IMG/VR virus record: IMGVR_UViG_3300020404_000637
Coordinates: 1-28,297 of that record
Source: a virus
Taxonomy: Duplodnaviria > Caudoviricetes
Direction: 5' to 3' (one strand)
Length of the DNA stretch: 28,297 nt
The notes under the pieces are model-generated. The model saw only the letters and a program-made list of their open reading frames with translations. It searched no databases and was not told where the DNA came from. Positions within the stretch are counted from its first letter, which is position 1. Every line of letters starts with the position of its first letter. The position numbers and the translations under genes are program-made. Shown piece by piece: positions 10,166 to 19,300 of this stretch.

Positions 10166-13100
10166 TGTAATCTTGAAGTAACTTAGTAGATCTTACTATA
10201 TGAGCCGCAGTTGATAGTCCAGTTAGACCATTTTGCGTATTCGTAGTAAAGGCAAAACCAACAGTACCTGTATTAAATTTAGTCCAACTATAGGAGCCAT
10301 AATAAGCACCCACACCTGAAGTCAATCCTGTAAAGTTCAACCCATGACCTGATTCAATCTCAACGTGGACTCTCATCGTTTGACCAGAACCCACCTGTGC
10401 AATATGACTTACCTGATAGACACCATCAAGGAATTGTGTTGCAATTCCAACTGTTTCGTGGTTTGTGCCAATACCAGATTTGACAGTTACACCTGAACCT
10501 ACATTTGATCTAGTGACAACAAAGTAATCTCCAGTAGAGATACCAGTTTTAGTTAGACCACCATACTGATTCTCTCTCAAAGGAGAATCCAAAGGTATAT
10601 AGAACTCAAATTGGATTCCTTTTGTTGTTGAACCTATTCCAACAATAGAACCAGAATCACCGCTAACGGTAACAGTAGATTTTTCTACTATCGGATTAGT
10701 AAATCCAGTGGTACCAAAACCAATATTATTTTTCTCTCCATCTATTATCCTAATTGTAAACTCATTGGTATCAGGTGCTTCTGCTTTTGAGAATATCAAT
10801 GAACCAGCATCAGCATATACTGCAGTATCATTAACACCAACATCTGTTATTATTCTTGCAGCAGGGAATACTCTACCACCATAGATATCTCTTGCTTTAC
10901 TTACCCTAATACCATCAACAAAGAGATCATCTCTTTGCTTGCACCAAGTAACAGGTCTCTTAGGATCAACAATATTTGTGATTCCTTGATTCTTGTAAAG
11001 TGTAGTTTGAAGAGTATCCCTTGAAACTATTTCTCTAACAATTCTCTTATCTTGTGCTACTATATTCTTCATCTGTGGTGAAGACATTATCTGTAAACTA
11101 TCACCCTTCTTGATTTCTTGTATAGCAGTATCTGATGCTATATCAGCATCTGTTCCTCTATAGAATAGAACTTGTAATTTAGATCCAAACTTAGGTGCTT
11201 CAGTAAATTTGATTTGTGTACCACCAGTAAACTCGTATGCTGTAACTGGTTTCTGTAATACATCATCTAAGAAGATCAATAGTACATCATCTAAACTAAT
11301 TGGCGAACCAGCATCTTTCTCTATACTGATTGCCTTATTATTTTCTTTTAGTGTGAATTGGGTTTTCTTACCATCAAACTCACTAGAAAAATCATCTAGA
11401 ATTTGCAACTTACCAAATACCCATGCAGCAAACTCATCATCTTGAGTTTCTTTTACAGTAAATTGTATTGCTTCAAAGTTAGTTCCAGCACTAGAATCTG
11501 TTGGTATACCTGCAACAGATAATTTCTCTCCTACAGTATATCCATATCCAGTATTTGTTATAACGATATCCTCTACACTACTACCAGCACCAATCTTGAC
11601 TGTAACAGATGCACCAATACCTGTGCTACTACTAGTAAGTTTTAGATCATCATATGCATATGGCGAATCAATGACTACTTGTGGTACGTCTGTAAATGTA
11701 TAACCTACACCTGGCGTACCATCCATGAAGATCTTTTTGATACTTCCGTCTTGTATTGAGAATGTACCTGCAGCACCTGTTGTGGGATTACCACCTCTAA
11801 TCTCTACTCTAAATTGTGTTTGATCTGATCTATATCCTGTTCCAGTAAATCCAAGAGCAACTGTGATAGTTCCAAAACCAGATACTACAGCAGTTCCTAT
11901 TCCAGTCTGTAGTGGTTGATATCCAAAACCATTTGTATTGTTTATGCCAGCAATAATACCTTTTCTAGGTAACCTATTAGCATTTACATTTGAATCACTA
12001 TATACCTCATTAAAACCAGCAATAGCATTACCAGTAAATGTTACTGATGTGATGCCAGGTGAAGGAGAGTCTACAAATTCATAATCAATATCTGGTTTCT
12101 GGAATATATTGTTTATCAATACGGCACCAAAATCGGTGCTAATTCCAATAGTATTAGCATTATCCTTTTTCAGAGTAAAGGTTTTACCAATACCAGTAAA
12201 TTGATCAGAAACATCATCAAACACATTATTACCAGTATAATCACTTCTTATAAACGATCTTCCTTGGAATGAACTACCTTTAAGCACATCAGCAAATAAA
12301 AGATTATGAGTTCCTATACCAGCACTTGTTAAATCAATCTTATTTCCTAAAAGAGCATCTGCTCTATCTGCAGCAAAAGAGAAATTATTTGGAGCATTCT
12401 TTATCAAGAAATAATCAGCATTACCACTCAAAGGAGTTGGTGGATTGAGTGATCTAAGTTTTACTTTATCACCTGTACTAATCAATTCTGTTAGAACAGT
12501 AAAATTATCATTAGCAATGTCAAAGTTTGCAGAACTTACACCAACAGTTTGTCTATTACCACCATAAGGAACATCTGCAAAATGTATAGTGTCATTGATA
12601 ATATTGTAGTCACCATATACCTTTTGGATAGCATCTCCAACAGCATGTGTTTCTTGTGTTGTTCCTAACCACGCTCTATCAACCAATACATTGTTGGCAA
12701 CTCCACCAAATCCAACTGTTTGGATTCTCATCACTTCATTACCAATTTTTATCAAATCAAATCTCTCATATCCTAGAGCATCAGTGAATAAAACTTCTCT
12801 ATTTGGTATGGCAGCTGCTAATGTTGTTCCTCCATCAATTCTAGGATATAACGGTGATTGAATTATATTATCAAGAGAGATAATACATTTAGAATTTTGC
12901 TTTATGGCAGAAAAAGTATGAGTACTTCCAGAACCTACAGTTGTCAATCCTATGGGTGAATTTGATATTGCTAATGCTTTTGATGCAGCAACTTTGAAAT
13001 GATCTTCATCTACTTTGATTACGAATACTTCATTTGGTAATGTAGTTGCAGCACCTACACCATTGACACCATGCTGTATACCAATTTGACCACTTCCAGC

Positions 13101-13307
13101 TTCATCTGTATATGTTATCTTTTCACCTGTTACATAAAAATGATTTTTTATGGTAAATTCATTTGATCCAAGCAATAGAACATTAGTATCTGCTCCTGAA
13201 AATGAATGAGCAAAAATAGGATCTCCTTTATGAGTCAACTTGAATTTCTTCAAGAAAGACTCACCCTCAGAATTAAATACCTTATTCAGTGACGATAGTT
13301 GAAACAT
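10161..13307 (-). CDS. Baseplate-associated structural protein (resembles the distal part of cyanophage gp7-like giant proteins)
   Basis: 1048 aa, beta/Gly/Thr-rich. It shares repeat modules with the upstream 2729-aa protein and has LDNIIQSP, INNIFQKP and LDDVLQKP repeats. TAATG-coupled; lies between the gp7-like gene and gp8. Confidence 0.75.
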   Translation of the reverse strand: MFQLSSLNKVFNSEGESFLKKFKLTHKGDPIFAHSFSGADTNVLLLGSNEFTIKNHFYVTGEKITYTDEAGSGQIGIQHGVNGVGAATTLPNEVFVIKVDEDHFKVAASKALAISNSPIGLTTVGSGSTHTFSAIKQNSKCIISLDNIIQSPLYPRIDGGTTLAAAIPNREVLFTDALGYERFDLIKIGNEVMRIQTVGFGGVANNVLVDRAWLGTTQETHAVGDAIQKVYGDYNIINDTIHFADVPYGGNRQTVGVSSANFDIANDNFTVLTELISTGDKVKLRSLNPPTPLSGNADYFLIKNAPNNFSFAADRADALLGNKIDLTSAGIGTHNLLFADVLKGSSFQGRSFIRSDYTGNNVFDDVSDQFTGIGKTFTLKKDNANTIGISTDFGAVLINNIFQKPDIDYEFVDSPSPGITSVTFTGNAIAGFNEVYSDSNVNANRLPRKGIIAGINNTNGFGYQPLQTGIGTAVVSGFGTITVALGFTGTGYRSDQTQFRVEIRGGNPTTGAAGTFSIQDGSIKKIFMDGTPGVGYTFTDVPQVVIDSPYAYDDLKLTSSSTGIGASVTVKIGAGSSVEDIVITNTGYGYTVGEKLSVAGIPTDSSAGTNFEAIQFTVKETQDDEFAAWVFGKLQILDDFSSEFDGKKTQFTLKENNKAISIEKDAGSPISLDDVLLIFLDDVLQKPVTAYEFTGGTQIKFTEAPKFGSKLQVLFYRGTDADIASDTAIQEIKKGDSLQIMSSPQMKNIVAQDKRIVREIVSRDTLQTTLYKNQGITNIVDPKRPVTWCKQRDDLFVDGIRVSKARDIYGGRVFPAARIITDVGVNDTAVYADAGSLIFSKAEAPDTNEFTIRIIDGEKNNIGFGTTGFTNPIVEKSTVTVSGDSGSIVGIGSTTKGIQFEFYIPLDSPLRENQYGGLTKTGISTGDYFVVTRSNVGSGVTVKSGIGTNHETVGIATQFLDGVYQVSHIAQVGSGQTMRVHVEIESGHGLNFTGLTSGVGAYYGSYSWTKFNTGTVGFAFTTNTQNGLTGLSTAAHIVRSTKLLQDYT

Positions 13308-16300
13308 TAGATCGTGAAGGTTACGTTAGAAGCGATAGCATCGGGTTTGTCTATAATAATTTCAGATACTCTTACCACATATGCTTTGTTTGCTAGTGGA
13401 GTAAATCTAAGTTGTGAACTTGTACCTGCTACAAGCATATCTGTAGCACGAATATCACGTTTAGGATCATCAGCAGTGGATAAATTATTGTATTTTGAAT
13501 AGTTGCTATTACCAGCGTAACAGTTTGATGCAACTATAAAGACAGAATATTTATCGTCCGTTGTATTATGTATTTCCACATGGTATCTGGCAGATGTATA
13601 AGAATTGAAACTCTTAGATGATATAATGTTTGCAACAGGTGATCCAGTAGCAACTATGGTTGTTTTATTTCCATCTAACTTAGCATCACCAACCTCAATA
13701 CCTGTGAGAGGTATTCCTGTACCAGCAACAGTTGTGGCAACACCAACAACTGATGTAAGAGTTGAGACTGTTACTGCTTTATTAGCAGGTGCTGTGAAAT
13801 TGAGTTTCAATACGTTGCTAGTAACAGTGGGAAGGAATGTTCCACAATCTGTTCCAGCATCCATAGTACCAAAGTTAGTATACTGTAAGTTATTAGCACC
13901 ATCTACTAAGAATGTGTACTCATCGATTTCTTTCTCACCAGTTATCTTAGCAGCAACTGTAATAGATCCAGACTTGAACTTAGTTGAATCAATATCAAGA
14001 ACACTCTTTGTAGCAGGTGAAGCAGAAGAAGGTATAGCAGAAGTAACACCAACCTTCTTGAGGTTTCCGTGAGATGTTAGACCTGTACCAACAGCATCAC
14101 CCATAACTTCCTTATAGAAAGTAATATCATAAGTGTAGACATTATTGAATGGTGTGAAGTTTACAGAACAAACACCACCATTAGCGGAAGCAGAAAACTC
14201 ACCTAAGTCAAAGGCATCAGAAACTTCTGAATAGGTGTTCATAAATCCTATGGTGCCATCATGTGAAACAACAAACTCTGAATACTGAGTGATGTTGTAA
14301 CTTATTCCTAATGAAGTATCAAGAACAACCTGTGCATAATACTTGATGGCAGTTACAGTGCCCATATCAAACTGATCAATTTCTATAGTTTGAATTAGAT
14401 CAGGATCATTATAAAAGTCTGGACTAATATCATCTATTTCTAGAACTCTATTAGATCTACACAATATAGAATCACCTGCTCTGAATGAGTTAAATACTAT
14501 CTCATTACTCAGTGATTGTAATGAATCAGTATTTTCATGTACAAGGTCATGGTGATGCTTACAATCAATATCTGAATATGAGTTTATCAATACAACATTA
14601 TCTGTAGCAGTAGAAGTACCAACCTGAACACTAGCACCAGCACCAACAGGTTCTGAATTGATTAGTAGATCAGAGTGTTTCTTGAATCCAGCAATATGTG
14701 CCAGTGAATCAACTGGTTCACTCCAAGAAGATATACCAACAAAACTCTTCAGTGAATATGCAAAGTTTTGATAGTAATCATTATCTTGTACTCTTTGATA
14801 GAACTCACTAAGTTTACCAGTATCTTTCTCCCATCCAAATCTTTTCTCTATCGTACTATCAACTTCAAAGTGACCTCCATAATCATCCATTGATTCAATA
14901 GTACCACCAGCAAGAGAATATCTACCTCTTACTTTATCTCCTGTATTCAATCCAACTAAACTACTTACACGTAAAACACTTAGTTTCTTACCATTTCCTG
15001 TAATAACATTGACATCATCAGTCAATGGTTCACCATCTAAGAATTGACCCTCACGTAGATTTAGTTTGAACTTAGCAATATCTCTATCATTAGATACAGA
15101 TCCAAACTTCTGAAAATCATGGAAACCAGGATCATTATCTACAGCATAAGTCAGTGTAGCAGAATCAATTTGTCCAAAGGCAGTATTGACACCTGTTAGC
15201 ACAAAACTCTTGTACTCATGATCTGCAGAGTTGAAACCTAGTCCAGAACTTACACCAACATTCTCAACAAATACCTTATCACCTACAGCAAATGGTAATG
15301 GATTTGTTGTAGTAAATCCTGTAAGTGGTGTCTGTAATTTTAGAGTCACATTTGGAGCAGAATATGTTGCACTTACAATACCAACTCCATTACTGTTATC
15401 TACAGCAAATAATTCACTATCACCACTTGCTAAATTACCACCTCTAGTAATAATTTTAACCGAACCAACTGCACCCCCATTTAGTTCTACTGAGAACTTA
15501 GCATCTTCACTAGTAGTATTTGTTTTACTGTTATATACAACCAAATTAGGTGGTGTAATATACTTCTTACCAGTAGATGTTATAGCAACACTATCTACAG
15601 CAAAGTTATCTTTCAAGAATACTACCTGTGACACTTCTGCCTCTGGTCTTAGTGTTTTATCTGAAGGATAGTCATATCCAAAATCAAGAATTCGTACATT
15701 ACTCAAAGCACCAATATTTGATCCAAATGAAGAGAATGACGCAGATGATCCAGTTGTAGATGCTACTGAAATATTTGGAAGATCTTCATATGAAACTCCT
15801 CCAGATGTTAGTCTTACTTTACCAACTGCACCTGTTACATTCTTAGATGTAGTTCTACAAGTCAATTGAGAAATACTGGTGTATCCTACTCTTTCTGGTT
15901 TATCGAATATATTGAATTCGTATGTATTAGCAGTAACACTAGTAATACTATGTCTACCTGTGTACTTACTTGTATTGACTATAATTTTAGAATAATCAAC
16001 AATATCCTTATTGATCTCTATAACATCAGTTCCTTGAATAGTTGATAACTTGTAGTATAGAACTGATGGAACTTGTTCTGTAAAATGTACTCTTGTCTTA
16101 CCACCAGTAATACCTGGTTGTATTGGAGTAGTAACTTCTATAGCAGATACACCAGATCCAACAAACTGTTTTTGATAGTCTTGATCTAAGAAAAATTCTA
16201 ACTTCTTATCTGCAAGAGTATTACTTGATGTATCAAACTCTAAAGTATCACCTATGGTAACATTTAGAGGTGGGTTGACAGAAGAACCTATACTTACAAA

Positions 16301-19300
16301 CCTTGTAACAGAATTGTAAGTCATAGTCACTGCACTGGTAGCAGAAGAAACAACTGTAAGATCTATGACATCATCAGGTCTTAGAGTATGGTTCTCTTTC
16401 GTAGTTACTGCAACACCAACCATCTCAATGGTTCCTGTTATAGCACCTCTATTTGTCTTGAAGAAGTGAGTATTACCAATACCAGTGTTAGTGTCAAACA
16501 TAACACGTTGTAGATCAGATCCAATACCACTCTGCGTAGTAACAATACCAATAGTATCGTTAGTAAGAACCTGAACAAAAACTTCAGAAGGTAACGGTGC
16601 TTTGAATCCAGCACTGACATCTTTCATAGCAGGTGTCTGGTATGTTAATGATGTACCAGCACCAGGCGAGTATGTAAGTCTCTCACCCTGTCTAAATTGA
16701 TTAGGTATAAAGATAGACCTTGTAGGTATATTCTTCGCTTGAGACCTTACTGTGATTGTATGAGCAATGCCAGGTCCGAATGTTAATCCTATACCAACAT
16801 CATTAGCAGCATCAAAGTAGGTAACAATGTCCTTTACAGTGTCTCCTTCAAATTTATTTTGTAGGTCATACGTAAACTCTTTCTCTAACCTTACAATATT
16901 AGATCCGAATGTATGTGCAGCAGCAACTGTACCGTTTTGTGCTCTTAGTAATTGTAATTTATTATTGAAAATATCGAAACCAAAAATCTTCAATTGCTCT
17001 GAATTGATAAGAACAATATCATCTATTTCAAATTTCTTTGCCTTAGTTACATCAGGTAGATACTCACTCAATAATATGCTAGTGGTTGCACCAACAGCAT
17101 CCATAGTAACCCCTAAACCAGTTCTAACATCTTTCGATTGTATTCTTGTGATTGCCTGTAATCCAGTATGAGTATCTGTTGATATACCAGATATTTTCAC
17201 AAATGATTGATTTGATATACCATGAGGAGTGGTAGTAAATCCAGTAACTCTACCACCACCACCTTCAGTAGTAAGAACTACATCATTAAAAGTTGTGATT
17301 TGGGTTGAGAACGAATCTATCTTTGGAGCAACTACTTCAACAACATCACCTATAGCACCAAAACCATCAGTATCAGTGTTATCAAATACTAGTTTGTCAC
17401 CAACGTTATAATTATTACCACCATCAATAATATTGACTTTCTCTATAGAACCATCACTTATACCTAAGACTCTTGCATTGATCAATGTATTTTTTGATCC
17501 ATTAGAAACGAACTCATACTCAGGAATATTATATGAATTAGTATTTCTTACAAGACCTAACATGATAGGATCTAACTTTTGATTAGTATCCTCATCAATA
17601 TTATATTCATCTAATTTTGAATGATAACTATCACCTACAATATATGGAAACTCAGGTTTTCTGACACCATTGAAAGGATCTGATGGGTTGGAAGTTACAT
17701 TTGCATTGACAGTTGTATAGTATGCATATACACCGTTTGGATATTCTGGTGTAGCAGCAAATCTACCGTTATGTTCATCCAGATCTCCAAAACCTTCGCT
17801 ATATGTAAAGTCTTCTACAAAGAATCCAGCAGGGAACTTAGATATACTAGGACCATCAGATCTTGCACCAGATAACCTTCTATAACTTGACTTTATGTAC
17901 TTGAGTGAACCATCTACAATTGCATAAGGACCGTAGATAGGATTTCCATCATAAGCATATCCCAAGATAGGAGAATGTGTTAGTCCAACATCACCTTTGA
18001 AGTCTCTAAGTTTTCTTGGAACATAATAGTTTACATATGGGTTGCCATTGTCTTTTGCAATCTCATAGAATCCATCATCATCTTTGACATCTCCAAATTT
18101 AGCATATCTTTCAACCTGATTTACAGTCCATGTCTTGATTTTACTAGAGAATATAGAATCTTTACCTGGCGTTCTAGCAACACATGTTGTACCTCCTTGG
18201 GTATATCCTATACCCTTATCAATCATATTAATACCTGTTATCTTACCACCAGCAATTATAGCCTTTGCTTTAGCACCTGTGCCATCACCAGTTATAATAA
18301 TATCTGGAGTGCTGAAGAAATTCTCACCACCATTTTTCAACACTATCTGATCAATTTGTCCATTAGATATGAGTGGTTGTAGATATGCATCTTTACCAAT
18401 CACAATATCTACAGTAGGTACTAGTTTATCATTGATAACAGTAGATCCATAACCAGTGCCACCAGATTCTACATGTACTCCAATAATATTACCTCGTATA
18501 ATTGGAGTTGCTGATGCAGCAGATGTTGTTATTCCTTGTCTACCATCTATCTCAATTGATATAGGAGGATCTTGGAATGTATGATTACCAGCACCAGAAT
18601 TTGCTATAGTTACTAGATCCGATAAATCTTTTTTGGTTGATAATCTAAATGAGTCATCATCTACCTTATTAACAAAATATTCTGTATTATTTGTTAAGTT
18701 TCCAGCAGCACTAGCAGCAGAATACTTAACAATTTCTCCAGAATCAAAACCATGACTAGGAATATTGATAGTATCAATGTGGTGATTTATAGCAGATGAA
18801 GGAATAGTAAGACTTCTATTTTTGACTGTACCACCATTTACAACAAGAACCTTATCAACTATTTGTCTTCTATCTGTAGTTGTAAACTTCTGAATACCTC
18901 CACCATTTGAAGTGAATGGAACTGAATTTATACCAGCAAGAGCACTAGCCTCAGTCTCTGCTAGATGAATACTAAAATCATCTAACTTGATAACAAAATA
19001 AGGTGCAGAATCTACTAAGTTACCTGGTGTTATTCCAATACCTATTTCTGTGGTTCCACCAGATGAATATATTATCTTCTCACCATTCTTGAATCCATGA
19101 GGAGTTGTGAACACACATCTATCAGTATGTGTATTGACAACACCACCAGATGAAGTACTATCAAACTCAACCTCTTGTGGTTGAATTTTCATCTTTGCTT
19201 CTATTATAACGTCTTTACTATTACCACCAATGAAATTGACATTAGGAATCTCTTCATAATCAAGTCCCTTACTATCAACTAAAACTTCTGTTATTGTACC

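Noticed and set aside
13290-13325. Programmed frameshift fusing the 2729-aa and 1048-aa ORFs
   Set aside because: No slippery heptamer or obvious stimulatory structure is visible. The TAATG overlap is explained by ordinary translational coupling.
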